Below are positions 36,796 through 46,359 of a stretch of DNA of 64,000 nucleotides, piece by piece. Where the stretch lies: assembly GCA_964603475.1 (NCBI GenBank), contig CAZRVG010000001.1:63988-127987 (forward strand). Reading direction: 5' to 3'. The DNA comes from an uncultured Candidatus Saccharibacteria bacterium. Lineage in GTDB: Bacteria; Patescibacteriota; Minisyncoccia; Minisyncoccales; UBA5738. The stretch's first letter is position 1; every line of letters begins with the position of its first letter. Position numbers and translations under genes: made by a program. The notes under the pieces are model-generated. The model did not search any database and was not told where the DNA came from. It saw nothing but the letters and a program-made list of their open reading frames with translations.

Positions 36796-37170
36796 CTTGG
36801 CAAATTTATAACAAAAAAACCGCCTCTCGGCTTCATTTATTATTGTCAAAATTTCAAGATGATATGTGGAGGGTAGCAACTATAACGCCTACCCTCCGCA
36901 AAAGTCAAACGACCTGCAAAGTCGAACCAACGATTCAATATCCTTATTCAATTTCTTTCTTCAAATCTCCTTATTTGCCCTCCTTTCAACACATGCGGCC
37001 AACGCTTCTGCGCCGCCGCAACTCCATCCCCACCTCGCGGGAGCGGATCGCAGACTTTTTCCAAAATCCGCGCTCCGCTCCCGCAAAGCAAATGATAAAG
37101 AACTATTTTCTAACCTGTTAAAACATTAATAGCAAATTCCCGTATTTCTGTAAAGACCCTTTATCCCCAA

Positions 37171-37371
37171 TCACCCCAAACCAGCAAAAACCTCTTCCGC
37201 CTTCTTCTTGCCCGTTTTTTCGCTCACTCCGATAATTTCCAAATAAAGCGACTTGCCGTTTTTATCCACGTCCAAATTAACCTCGGGCGCGAGTTCTATG
37301 GTTTTGTCAACCTTGCCCTTTTTAAAAGTAATCGACAAGGCATCAGCCTTTGAATCATAATTAATCTCCAT
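37171..37371 (-). CDS. DUF2283 family small protein (putative antitoxin partner)
   Basis: MEINYDSKADALSITF...GKSLYLEIIG matches DUF2283 pattern (YD.EADALYI...G.LVGIEIL). Confidence 0.6.
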   Translation of the reverse strand: MEINYDSKADALSITFKKGKVDKTIELAPEVNLDVDKNGKSLYLEIIGVSEKTGKKKAEEVFAGLG

Positions 37372-37375
37372 AAAA

Positions 37376-37639
37376 TTACATTATTTCTTTAACCCAATGC
37401 TGTGTAATAATTATTGTATTATCGTCTTCGTTTTTATACACAACTTTCAGATAAAGCTTGCTAAATTTCTTAAAACAAGTTTTTCTGTTGGAATAACTTT
37501 CGCCGACAAAATCGGGACGATTGATCGTCTCAATGACTTTTCTTTTGGTAATTTGTCTTTGTTCCAATTTTAGCAAAGAATGATTGGTAAAAATTATCAC
37601 GCTTTTCAATTGGCTAACTGATAAAATTAACACTAACAA
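37376..37639 (-). CDS. DUF4258 family small protein (putative toxin partner of DUF2283)
   Basis: FTNHSLLKLEQRQITKRKVIETI...YLKVVYKNEDDNTIIIT pattern; 4-nt spacing to partner. Confidence 0.55.
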   Translation of the reverse strand: MLVLILSVSQLKSVIIFTNHSLLKLEQRQITKRKVIETINRPDFVGESYSNRKTCFKKFSKLYLKVVYKNEDDNTIIITQHWVKEIM

Positions 37640-37736
37640 AATTAATATTTTCCGTCAAAAAAATCCTTTATCCCCACTCACCCAACCTGATTTTGCAATC
37701 GTGTTCACATAAAAAAAGAAGGACATAGTCCCATCT

Positions 37737-38312
37737 TTAACAACTTCGCCCGCCGATAAAGGGATCTTCGCGATGTACCGGAGGATGATAAACGAGAGCG
37801 TCCGCAATTTCTCTTACCCTCTCCTCGTCAATCACCCTTCCCTCTCCCCACCAGAAAAGATATCCACCCGCCACAACTTTTCGCAACACCTCTTGCGGGA
37901 TTGCCATTTCAAGATGTGGAATTGTTTCGGCACGAATGCCAAATAAGAACACTCCCTCTGTCCCGCATTTTTTGCATCCCCGCTGGCTTTCAATTGCCCC
38001 GCCGCATTCCGCGCAGAAATAAAATAGTGGTCTTTCCTTGCGCAATTCATCTTTGTGACCGCCCACAAGCGGCACAAGCGACGAAATATCACTGCTTATC
38101 GCCCGAACATGCGGCATTATCGTTGGATTACGCCAATCATAGCCGGGCAAAAACTGCAGAAACTTCTCAATATCATGCACCCGCGCAGTGAACAATACAA
38201 AAATAGTAGTTACTTTACTAGTACTCTCAACTATCCCCACCGGCACAACCGTTGGCCTGATTTTCGGATAATCCGGCCTCACCGCTTGAACTTTTACCCC
38301 CACTTTCGCCAC
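37737..38312 (-). CDS. Hypothetical protein with CxxC...CxxC zinc-ribbon (CAECGG...CKKCGTEG)
   Basis: ORF with coding character; true start uncertain; overlaps next ORF by 86 nt in another frame. Confidence 0.35.
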   Translation of the reverse strand: MAKVGVKVQAVRPDYPKIRPTVVPVGIVESTSKVTTIFVLFTARVHDIEKFLQFLPGYDWRNPTIMPHVRAISSDISSLVPLVGGHKDELRKERPLFYFCAECGGAIESQRGCKKCGTEGVFLFGIRAETIPHLEMAIPQEVLRKVVAGGYLFWWGEGRVIDEERVREIADALVYHPPVHREDPFIGGRSC

Positions 38313-38742
38313 CTCCTATATCGCTTGGTTTAATTATATATGGTTTTCCGGGCCAAATATGATCCAAAATATCCATGATCATTATTCTCGCATTTGCCCC
38401 GCCATACATATCGCGTAGATGCGCGATACGCCGCCTTGTCACCAAATCTTTATCATAATTGACAATTTTTTCCGGCGACATTAACACATATAAATTTGAA
38501 TCAAAATCAAGCGATTTGTGAAATTCGTTCGGTCTTATCCATAGCCTATACCACCAAAGTAGAGCCCCCCCATTCCAAACTTTCATCTTGATTAAAAATA
38601 ATTGTCGATTGCAAACCATTATTAATGTTTTCGCAAGCAACAAAGACTCAATTTGAAATTTCTGGAATTTAGAACGCTCGTCCCTTGGAATCCTAGATAA
38701 ATCCAGCAATAACATATCTATCCCGTTTCGCATATTTACCAC
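38227..38742 (-). CDS. Hypothetical protein (overlaps previous ORF; possibly one frameshifted gene)
   Basis: 171-aa ORF ending in a Gly/Ser-rich tail inside the next ORF. Confidence 0.3.
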   Translation of the reverse strand: MVNMRNGIDMLLLDLSRIPRDERSKFQKFQIESLLLAKTLIMVCNRQLFLIKMKVWNGGALLWWYRLWIRPNEFHKSLDFDSNLYVLMSPEKIVNYDKDLVTRRRIAHLRDMYGGANARIMIMDILDHIWPGKPYIIKPSDIGGGESGGKSSSGEAGLSENQANGCAGGDS

Positions 38743-38853
38743 TCCATTCTTCGACTTTTTTAAAGGTGCGAATTGAGCTTGCGGCGCGAAAAATCGCGCG
38801 AAAGGCTCGTTTTGAGATTAAAATAAATTCCCCTTTCCGTCAAGCGTTTTAAC

Positions 38854-39034
38854 GGTAACCATTCACTGGGAGTTTCATTCTCCCTTTTTTAAAGGGAAAC
38901 TTGCCCTAAGGCGTTTGGCGAATGGGTGCCCGTAGGGCGAGGGATTTGAATTTTAAATCCTCCGGCGCGATTACGCGCCACCTCCTTTTCCAAAGGAGGA
39001 ATAGATACAAAATGCCAGCCCCAGTGAATGGTTA
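38854..39034. mobile_element. Element bounded by 16-bp near-perfect terminal inverted repeats (gtaaccattcactggg / cccagtgaatggttac) with four internal hairpins; MITE or structured RNA
   Basis: read directly; internal hairpins ctccc-ttttttaaa-gggag, gagggattt...aaatcctc, ggcgcg-atta-cgcgcc, cctcc...ggagg. Confidence 0.5.
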
Positions 39035-39096
39035 CTTTTAACAGAATCATTATTCGCTTATTCGTGCGAATATGCCCATAACTTCAATCCAACAAA

Positions 39097-39265
39097 AACA
39101 TTCCAACATTTTGCCCTGTCGCGCACCGTGATTTGCCCTTGTATTTTTATGCTTTAGCATGGCAAATCTCTGATGCGCGAAGAATGTTGGAATGTCCGCT
39201 ATCGGGCAATGCCATATATTCCATATGGAATATAGAAAGTCCGGTGAGGCTTGATCTCACAGAAT
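39097..39265. mobile_element. MITE-like element, family 1, copy D with tail carrying the attccatatggaat palindrome and ccggtgagg...ctcac hairpin
   Basis: aacattccaacatttt...agaatgttggaatgtccgctatcgggcaatgccatatattccatatggaatata...tccggtgaggcttgatctcacag. Confidence 0.65.
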
Positions 39266-39321
39266 CCAAAATGATTATATGATTGTATGATTAGATGTTT
39301 AAATGATTAAATGCCCGCCAA

Positions 39322-39603
39322 TTAGATTTTCAAATCGGAGTATTCACGGAGGGTTGCCAGAGTTGCCCGCACCGTGGAATTTTCGGTGTTGAGCAATTTG
39401 ATGTTTTCAAATTCTTGCGCCAGCGGAGTGATCACCTCATCCGCCCAAGAAGGCGCCAAAACTTTCACGCCGCCAAAGTCAATTTCCAGCGATTCTTTGC
39501 GGTCAACGCCTTTGGTTAAATATGCCGACAGCGCCAAATATGCCTCCCGCCCGGCGGGCCGCGACATTAACATATCCCCAAATTTTTTAATTTCAATTTT
39601 CAT
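39322..39603 (-). CDS. STAS-like (DUF4325-type) small protein, putative anti-sigma-antagonist-like partner
   Basis: short alpha/beta STAS-like sequence; start set at MKIEIKKFGD to give an 11-nt overlap with the upstream ATPase. Confidence 0.45.
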   Translation of the reverse strand: MKIEIKKFGDMLMSRPAGREAYLALSAYLTKGVDRKESLEIDFGGVKVLAPSWADEVITPLAQEFENIKLLNTENSTVRATLATLREYSDLKI

Positions 39604-40183
39604 ATTTTTTAGTTTCAATAATTGCCAAACATCCACGAATAAACTTATCCGCCGGGTTGATTTCGAAATCTTGGTTTATTTCGGCTTGCGCGTCGCCGGA
39701 AATAAATGTTAAATGGATTTTGGTCGTTTTTACCCCTTCGCGCACAAATTTCAATCCGTTGCCGCGATTTTCAGGCGCGCGCCCGGAAATTCTTTCAAAG
39801 AAAGCGGTTTTCAACGCTTCTTGATGATTTGAAATTTCCGGTTTTATCTTTGCCAATGTCGCCATCACCCCTTGCCCGCGATCCGCCAAAACGATTTGCG
39901 CGCCGCTAGCATCAATATGCCAGCCAAAAAAAACGCCCGGCAAATCAGGCCAGTTGCCGATATTGTGGTCAAAAGAATTGTTGCCGATTTCACCAACCAT
40001 CGCCGCAACCATATAAATATCGTCATCACTCATTTTGCCGCCAGACTTCAAATCCGCCGACAAATTATCAATTCTGGCGCCAAATTCACCGCGGTCGGCG
40101 CAATAATAATTTTCCGGAACATCGCTCGGACTGTCGCTGACGCACCATTCCATTGCCAAATTTTTGATATTATCATCAGGCAT
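39593..40183 (-). CDS. GHKL-family ATPase/serine-kinase-like protein (RsbW/SpoIIAB-like)
   Basis: N box EIGNNSFDH, G1 DRGQG, G2 GNGLKF. Confidence 0.6.
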   Translation of the reverse strand: MPDDNIKNLAMEWCVSDSPSDVPENYYCADRGEFGARIDNLSADLKSGGKMSDDDIYMVAAMVGEIGNNSFDHNIGNWPDLPGVFFGWHIDASGAQIVLADRGQGVMATLAKIKPEISNHQEALKTAFFERISGRAPENRGNGLKFVREGVKTTKIHLTFISGDAQAEINQDFEINPADKFIRGCLAIIETKKYEN

Positions 40184-40328
40184 AATCTAATCGTTATATT
40201 TCCATGATAACAAAAGCCCGCTTCCCGTCAATTTTTGCGCCCCGTCATCGCAAACAAAATATTCCCATATTCTGCCGTCAGATCCCGAACGGAGGGAAGG
40301 GCAAAATACAAGAATAGTTTTTTGCCAC

Positions 40329-40440
40329 AAACATTCCAACACTCTCAAGAATGTTGGAATGTCCGCTATCAGGCAATGCCATATATTCCATATGAAAACA
40401 TCAAACAAAATCCGGTGAGGTTTGACCTCACCAGATTAGA
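40329..40440. mobile_element. Family 1 element copy E: solo terminal-inverted-repeat pair with internal deletion, plus the same tail and hairpin as copy D
   Basis: aacattccaacactct-ca-agaatgttggaatgtccgctatcaggcaatgccatatattccatatg...ccggtgaggtttgacctcaccag. Confidence 0.6.
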
Positions 40441-40469
40441 TAGAAAAACGTCACGCCAATACAAAAAGT

Positions 40470-40508
40470 GGGCAAGGTTTCACCTTGCCCACTTTTTTTC
40501 TTTTGGCA
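40470..40508 (-). terminator. Intrinsic terminator after the major pilin gene
   Basis: gtgggcaagg-tttcac-cttgcccac with T-runs on both sides; its caaggt..caccttg core recurs at 3043-3084 and 59925-59940. Confidence 0.7.
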
Positions 40509-40515
40509 GGCTGTA

Positions 40516-40998
40516 TTAACGGGTGACGCAGATCTCTGTGCTATCGGCGATGGCCGGCTCAATACCATTGGGCGCGCAAACCGTCACCCGCCCATTGGTG
40601 TCCTGATGGACTTTATATTTGGTATTATAGTTTGCCTCATCCCATGCGACACCATCTGTCGGATCAACTGGAATTTCGGAAATATATGTGGGCACAATGC
40701 ATTGGCGAATGTCATAGCCATCTGTACTTTTCATTTCGGTTGCTGCTTCGGGGATTGCGCCCGCGGTGCAAGTGAATACGCCTTTGTTGTCGGCGATATT
40801 TTGGCCGATGGCGTTTAATATGGCGTTGACATTGCTCACCCGCTGGCTGTTTCGGCCCTGCGCGAATTGGCGCGCCGGATTGATGGCGATAATCACCACC
40901 GCCGCCAAAAGCGCGATCAAGCCGATCACCACCAAAATTTCAATCAGAGTGAACCCCGATTGATTTTTGTTTATTTTTTTGTTTTTTGTTTTTTTCAT
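40516..40998 (-). CDS. Type IV major pilin (prepilin with N-methylation motif)
   Basis: Lys-rich leader then GFTLIEILVVIGLIALLAAVVI class III signal; start set at MKKTKNKK. Confidence 0.8.
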   Translation of the reverse strand: MKKTKNKKINKNQSGFTLIEILVVIGLIALLAAVVIIAINPARQFAQGRNSQRVSNVNAILNAIGQNIADNKGVFTCTAGAIPEAATEMKSTDGYDIRQCIVPTYISEIPVDPTDGVAWDEANYNTKYKVHQDTNGRVTVCAPNGIEPAIADSTEICVTR

Positions 40999-41039
40999 TT
41001 TATTTTTTGTTATTTTTTGCAAACTTTCTTCGACCTTTG

Positions 41040-41426
41040 TTAAAACTCCTCCCAATTGGTGATGTTAATTTCCCCGTTTTGCGATTCGGCGGTAATTTTT
41101 AAATTCGCGAATGAATTTTTCCATTTCGCGGACGCGATGATGGTGTATGGATTGCTTCCGTCAATTTGCAAGGTTTGGCAATTTTGCCACATTAAAACAT
41201 TTTCATTTTTGGCAATTCCCAAAAGCGCCTGATGGGCGCATCCTTGCGCCATTGCCGCGGCAATATTTTTGTTCTCTCGCGCCAAAGAAGCAAACCTGCC
41301 CCAAAACGCAGCGCGAGAGATTGATGCCGCCAGCACCAGCAAAATTCCCGAAACCAAAATTGAGGAAATTAACGCTGTAAATCCGTCTTGGCCGCGAATT
41401 GTTTTTGAGCGGTTCGCGCTTTTCAT
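41040..41426 (-). CDS. Minor pilin/pseudopilin
   Basis: GFTALISSILVSGILLVLAAS N-terminal pilin-like helix. Confidence 0.55.
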   Translation of the reverse strand: MKSANRSKTIRGQDGFTALISSILVSGILLVLAASISRAAFWGRFASLARENKNIAAAMAQGCAHQALLGIAKNENVLMWQNCQTLQIDGSNPYTIIASAKWKNSFANLKITAESQNGEINITNWEEF

Positions 41427-41809
41427 TTGGGCAGATAATAAGTCATCAAAAAATCTTGCGAAAAATCTTTGCCCGCGCGATCCTTGGCGGTTAACACGAA
41501 TTTCGCGCGCGCCAATCCATTTTGCAAATCCACAATTTCAAAATCGCCGATCGCGGTTTGCGAATTGTTTAACGCCCTTCCGGCAAGCATCAATGTTCCG
41601 TCAATGTTTTCAAACGCCGTGATATCTTTTTCCCGTTCAATCTTGGCCAATAAAAATTCACCCTCAAAACGCGCCATAATTCGCGCGTCGTTTTTTCCCA
41701 TGGTCTCGGTAATCGCAAAAACCGCGGCAAACAATCCGGAAAAAATAAAGCCGGACAACGCCAAATAAACTAAAAATTCAATGATGGTAAACCCTGAATT
41801 ATTTTTCAT
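41423..41809 (-). CDS. Minor pilin with prepilin-type N-terminal cleavage/methylation domain
   Basis: SGFTIIEFLVYLALSGFIF. Confidence 0.65.
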   Translation of the reverse strand: MKNNSGFTIIEFLVYLALSGFIFSGLFAAVFAITETMGKNDARIMARFEGEFLLAKIEREKDITAFENIDGTLMLAGRALNNSQTAIGDFEIVDLQNGLARAKFVLTAKDRAGKDFSQDFLMTYYLPK

Positions 41810-43275
41810 TGTGCCGTAATAATTGAAATATAGCTCTTCCCCGCGCCGTCAATTGACGCAACATATAAATAATTACCCTCACAATCCAACGCTACTCCAC
41901 CAATTCCGCCAGCCTGACCGGGTAAACCAACCATTTTCTGTTCCACCGCATTGGTCGGATTGAAAATATCTAATATTCGCAGACTGCCGCCTTGGCTGGC
42001 ACTTCCCGCCAACACAAACGCCAGATCGTCTCTAACGAGTAAATCGTTAACACTAAATGGATCGCCGTCCTCCGAATAATTGCCCAGCATATCTATTGAC
42101 GATTGGCCATGGTTGAGCAAATAAAATTCCGGCGAATTGGCAATATATGTCCTGCCAAGATAAATTCTATTACCAATAATTTGAACACTTTTGCCATAGC
42201 CCCAATTGGTCTGATCGGGAAGCAAATCATAGCTGGCAACCAAAGTCGGCGCCAAGGGATCGGCAATATTAAGAATAATCAATTCCCGCGCGCTATCCGC
42301 TGTCGCCAAATAGGCATAATCACCTTTTATATAGACGTCATTAACTTTCGCGCCGATTTCAAAACCGGAAATAAGAGATGGATTATTGATATCGCCAACA
42401 TCAATAATATTGAATTCCGAACAATTATTATCGCGCTCCAATCCCAAATAAATGTAATTATTTTTATGAAAAATAGCGGTAGCCGACTTTTCACAATCAC
42501 CATTATTAATGTTTCCAAGTTCCAATGAGGCAATAAGTAGTCCATTATTGTTAGCAATTTGCAACTGATTCACTGAACTTTTACCAGCCAGATAGATAAA
42601 AGCATCGTTTACTGTAAGCGAGTTTGATTTTTTGATATTAGCGCCGCCCTTTTGAAGCAATAATGGATTTTCGAGATCAATAATATCCAAAATAAAAAAT
42701 ACAGGATCAGTACTAGTCGCAGTGTCATTTATAGAAATATAAAGTTTCCCCTTGTAAGCATCAAGGTCGCTGATTTTATCCCAATCAACTTCGGCAAATT
42801 TGGAAAAATCAATTACTTTTTTTATTTGCGGATTTTTCCAGTCGCCGGTTAAATTTGAATCGCAAGTATCGTTTCCCGCGGTATTGTTATAATCGGCAAT
42901 CAATGTTTCCAACTCGACTTTTTGCGGCCGGTTGCCAATGTTAAAATCAACGCTTGCGTTAACTTTTTTGACAAAAAACGAATGGGGCGATACCTCAACC
43001 TTGGCGTTAAAAATTCCTTCTTGCGTGCTGGTGGCGTTTACCAGCCGAAAATCATTGAGCGCCAAATCCCGCTGACACCAGAGCATTCTTTGCGCCAAAT
43101 CAAGCGCTTCCGAATTTTGCGCCGCGTCCGCGGTGAAAAATTGCCCGCCAAAACACATCAAAACCGCCGCGCTCACGGCAAAAATCATCACCGCCATCGC
43201 CAGCAAAACTTCCATCGTCAAAAATCCCGATTGATATTTTTTATAATCTCGCGAGCTCATAAAAATTATTGCCAA
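41806..43275 (-). CDS. Large minor pilin with beta-propeller-like repeat body (PilY1-like tip adhesin candidate)
   Basis: QSGFLTMEVLLAMAVMIFAV pilin helix followed by 430 aa with repeated hydrophobic-D/N-G strand motifs. Confidence 0.5.
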   Translation of the reverse strand: MAIIFMSSRDYKKYQSGFLTMEVLLAMAVMIFAVSAAVLMCFGGQFFTADAAQNSEALDLAQRMLWCQRDLALNDFRLVNATSTQEGIFNAKVEVSPHSFFVKKVNASVDFNIGNRPQKVELETLIADYNNTAGNDTCDSNLTGDWKNPQIKKVIDFSKFAEVDWDKISDLDAYKGKLYISINDTATSTDPVFFILDIIDLENPLLLQKGGANIKKSNSLTVNDAFIYLAGKSSVNQLQIANNNGLLIASLELGNINNGDCEKSATAIFHKNNYIYLGLERDNNCSEFNIIDVGDINNPSLISGFEIGAKVNDVYIKGDYAYLATADSARELIILNIADPLAPTLVASYDLLPDQTNWGYGKSVQIIGNRIYLGRTYIANSPEFYLLNHGQSSIDMLGNYSEDGDPFSVNDLLVRDDLAFVLAGSASQGGSLRILDIFNPTNAVEQKMVGLPGQAGGIGGVALDCEGNYLYVASIDGAGKSYISIITAQ

Positions 43276-43763
43276 TCAACGCGGCCGGATTCATCAACCG
43301 AAATATCGGCGCGATGGCCGAAATTATCTTGCAAAGTGATCGCCAAAGGATCGGCGTTTCCCGAAGGCGGATAAAAAATCGCGTCCGCGGTTTGAGGCAA
43401 AACAACGCAAACCGCGCGATTTTCAAATTCAACCACTTGATCAAAATCGGAATTTCGGCTCAAAAAATCCGCGCCTTGAAAAATAACAATCTCCGATTTG
43501 CCAGGATCAAAGCGCACCCCGTGCGCCGCCGCCCGCGCGCAAGAATCCCCGCGGCAAACTCCGGCAATCGCCTGCGCCCGGGCATAACGCAAAGCGGATA
43601 GCACCGCGCCGCGATCCGCCGCAAACGACCAAAAACGGGCGTTTTGCGTGTCGGAAAACACGCAAAAACACGCGCAGAGCGTCAACAGCCCCGCCACAAC
43701 TAAAAATTCAAAAATTGAAAATCCCGATTGTAAATTATTTTTGCAGTAATTGCGTGATGCCAT
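43266..43763 (-). CDS. Pseudopilin (GspH/FimT-like)
   Basis: QSGFSIFEFLVVAGLLTL; start set at MASRNY. Confidence 0.6.
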   Translation of the reverse strand: MASRNYCKNNLQSGFSIFEFLVVAGLLTLCACFCVFSDTQNARFWSFAADRGAVLSALRYARAQAIAGVCRGDSCARAAAHGVRFDPGKSEIVIFQGADFLSRNSDFDQVVEFENRAVCVVLPQTADAIFYPPSGNADPLAITLQDNFGHRADISVDESGRVDWQ

Positions 43764-44898
43764 AAATAGGTGTGATAATCGCCACCGCCACAAATCCCAC
43801 CAACAACCCCATAAAAACCATCAGTATCGGTTCCACACTCACGGATAAATTTTTCACCGCGGCATTCATTTCATCTTCACAGATTTGCGCCAAATAAACG
43901 AGCGAATCTTCCAAGTGTCCCGACAATTCGCCGGCATAAATCATTTGCGCGGCCAATACCGGAAAAATTTTTTCTTCTTCCATATTTTTACCGATTGATT
44001 TTCCTCGGGCAACTTCTTGGGCAATCTTTTCAAGCGCGGCGCGGTAAGCCAAGCTACCCGACGTTTTTCCGGCAATTTCCAGCGCCGAGACAACCTGCGA
44101 CTTGCCCTTTAAAAGCAAGGAAAGCGCGCGGCTTAAATTGGCAATGTGATAATTTTTAAATATCGGGCCGACCAGCGGCAAAGCAAGCAAACAACGAGCA
44201 GAAAGCATTTGTAATTTCTCAATTCTTGCCAAAACAAGCGACAGCGCGCCGGCCAAAATAAACGCGGCTAAAATAAACAGCCAGTAATCGCGCGCCGCCG
44301 TGCCAACCGCGATTAAAATTTCGGTGGCCAGCGGCAGATCTCCTTTTAGGCTCGCGAAAATCGGTAAAATTTTGGGGAAAATATAAACAGAGAGCAAAAT
44401 CACAACGCCGATCGTGGAAATTAAAATAAAAACCGGATAAACCAGCGCGCCGGTGATATTCCTTTTTAACTCCCGCCTTTTTTGCAGTTCGCCGGCAAGA
44501 TACTGCAAATTTTGCGGCAAAGCGCCGCCGGCTTCGCCGACGCACACTATATTCACCGCAAAATCGCCAAAAGCACGAGATTCTTCCATGGCTTTGGCAA
44601 GCGGCTTCCCCCGCTCCACGGTAAAACGCAAATCAGCAATCAACTTTTTCGATCCCGATGAAACGGCTTGTTTCTCCAATATTTCGAGCGCAACAACAAT
44701 TGAAATTCCAGCTTTAATCAATATGGCTAATCTTTTGATAAAAATAATTCGTTCGGTTTCTGAAATCCGCGGGCGGATGGCGGATTTTATCGCCGCGGCA
44801 ACGGCATCGCCAAGCACCGCTTCCTGCCGCGGCGCCAGTAAAAGTATTGTTTTTTTAACAGATAGAACAATTTTGTTCATAATTTTTGACAATCTCAT
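43735..44898 (-). CDS. pilC: Type IV pilus assembly platform protein PilC / GspF family
   Basis: two GspF repeats, three TM segments. Confidence 0.85.
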   Translation of the reverse strand: MRLSKIMNKIVLSVKKTILLLAPRQEAVLGDAVAAAIKSAIRPRISETERIIFIKRLAILIKAGISIVVALEILEKQAVSSGSKKLIADLRFTVERGKPLAKAMEESRAFGDFAVNIVCVGEAGGALPQNLQYLAGELQKRRELKRNITGALVYPVFILISTIGVVILLSVYIFPKILPIFASLKGDLPLATEILIAVGTAARDYWLFILAAFILAGALSLVLARIEKLQMLSARCLLALPLVGPIFKNYHIANLSRALSLLLKGKSQVVSALEIAGKTSGSLAYRAALEKIAQEVARGKSIGKNMEEEKIFPVLAAQMIYAGELSGHLEDSLVYLAQICEDEMNAAVKNLSVSVEPILMVFMGLLVGFVAVAIITPIYGITQLLQK

Positions 44899-46097
44899 TT
44901 TATCCGCAAAATTTCTTCAATTGTGGTAATGCCGGATTGAACTTTTATAAATCCGTCCTCAATCATCGGCATCATTCCGTGCGCAACGGCAATGCGTTTC
45001 AAAACCGCCGAAGATTCGCGGCGCAAAATCGCCTCCCTGATTTCGGAATCCAAAATCAAAACTTCGTGGATTCCCGTGCGCCCCGAATATCCCGACTCAT
45101 TGCATTGAGAGCATCCCCGTCCGTAAAAAAATTTTTGACCGGCAAAAATTTTTTTTGGAAACAACAGATTCAAATTATCAGCCTCCGCCCGGCTGATTAT
45201 TTTTTCCGTTTTGCAACGCGGACATATTTTTCTCACCAAACGTTGGGCAATAATAATATTGACCGTGGAAGCGATCAAATAACTTTCCGCCTTCATATCC
45301 AAAAGGCGCGGCAAAGCGGTTGCCGCGTCGTTGGTGTGTAAAGTTGAAAGGAGCAAATGACCGGTGAGAGCCGCGTTCACCGCGATGCCCGCGGTTTCCG
45401 AATCGCGAATCTCTCCCACCATGATAATGTTGGGATCTTGGCGCAATATTCCCCGCAGTCCGGAGGCAAAAGTCAGTCCGCCGCGCGAATTTGTTTGAAT
45501 TTGCCGAATTCCCGAAATTGAATATTCAACCGGATCCTCAATGGTCACAACAGAAACTTCTTTGGTATTCAATTGCTTAAGCAAGGCATAGAGCGTAGTG
45601 GTTTTTCCGCTGCCCGTGGGACCGGTGGCCAAAATCATTCCGTGGGACTTTTTTGCCGCAGATTGAATTTTGGCATTATTTTCTTTTGAAAAACCGATTG
45701 TTTCCAAATTGAAACCCTCGGCGTTGTCGGAAAGCAAACGCAAAACCGCGTTTTCTCCGTGATATGTGGGCGCCACCGACACCCTCACGTCCACGGGACA
45801 ATCTTTTGCCAAAATTCTAAAGCGGCCGTCTTGCGGGATTTGATGCTCGTCGGTGCGCAATCCCGCCAAAATTTTAACGCGGCTTATGATTTCTTCTTGT
45901 TTTTGCCGCGGCAAAAAATAATAATCTTCCAAATAGCCGTCCACCCGATAGCGCACACGGATATTTTCGTTTTGCGGATCAATATGAATATCGCTAGCAC
46001 GCAATTTATGAGCCTCCTCAATGATTGAATCAATGATTTTTACCGCCGAAACATCCGCCCCGTCGAAAATCTCGGTTGCCATTGAACCGCTTGGCAT
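44895..46097 (-). CDS. pilB: Type IV pilus assembly ATPase PilB / GspE family (ATPase domain only)
   Basis: Walker A GPTGSGKTTT, Asp box, Walker B, His box, tetracysteine CxxC...CxxC. Confidence 0.9.
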   Translation of the reverse strand: MPSGSMATEIFDGADVSAVKIIDSIIEEAHKLRASDIHIDPQNENIRVRYRVDGYLEDYYFLPRQKQEEIISRVKILAGLRTDEHQIPQDGRFRILAKDCPVDVRVSVAPTYHGENAVLRLLSDNAEGFNLETIGFSKENNAKIQSAAKKSHGMILATGPTGSGKTTTLYALLKQLNTKEVSVVTIEDPVEYSISGIRQIQTNSRGGLTFASGLRGILRQDPNIIMVGEIRDSETAGIAVNAALTGHLLLSTLHTNDAATALPRLLDMKAESYLIASTVNIIIAQRLVRKICPRCKTEKIISRAEADNLNLLFPKKIFAGQKFFYGRGCSQCNESGYSGRTGIHEVLILDSEIREAILRRESSAVLKRIAVAHGMMPMIEDGFIKVQSGITTIEEILRIK

Positions 46098-46189
46098 ATT
46101 GGATAATTAAAATTATAAAATTAAAAACAAATTACTCCATTATAAAACACCGCCAAACCGATTACAATAGCCCGCCCCCGCAAATTTTT

Positions 46190-46214
46190 GAATGTATATA
46201 CACGTGCATATACA
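46190..46214. promoter_or_regulatory. ATGTATATACAT-type paired palindrome, copy 3 (upstream of pilB)
   Basis: gaatgtatatacacgtgcatatacat. Confidence 0.5.
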
Positions 46215-46359
46215 TTACTCCGCCGGTAAATTATGTTTAACCATAGACAAATTTACACATCAAAAAATAAAAAAGCGAAATATAAACAAAACCCGCCTTC
46301 GCGCGGGGCTATGGCGGGTTGAGAATCGCTTTCGCGTAAAGCTAGGGCGTATCAAAGGC

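Noticed and set aside
36843-37129. ORFs 36843-37121 and 36866-37129
   Set aside because: They have Pro/Ser/Leu-rich low-complexity translations across a hairpin-rich non-coding spacer. The spacer contains gcgggagcgga...tccgctcccgc and ggagggtag...ctaccctcc hairpins. There are no motifs.
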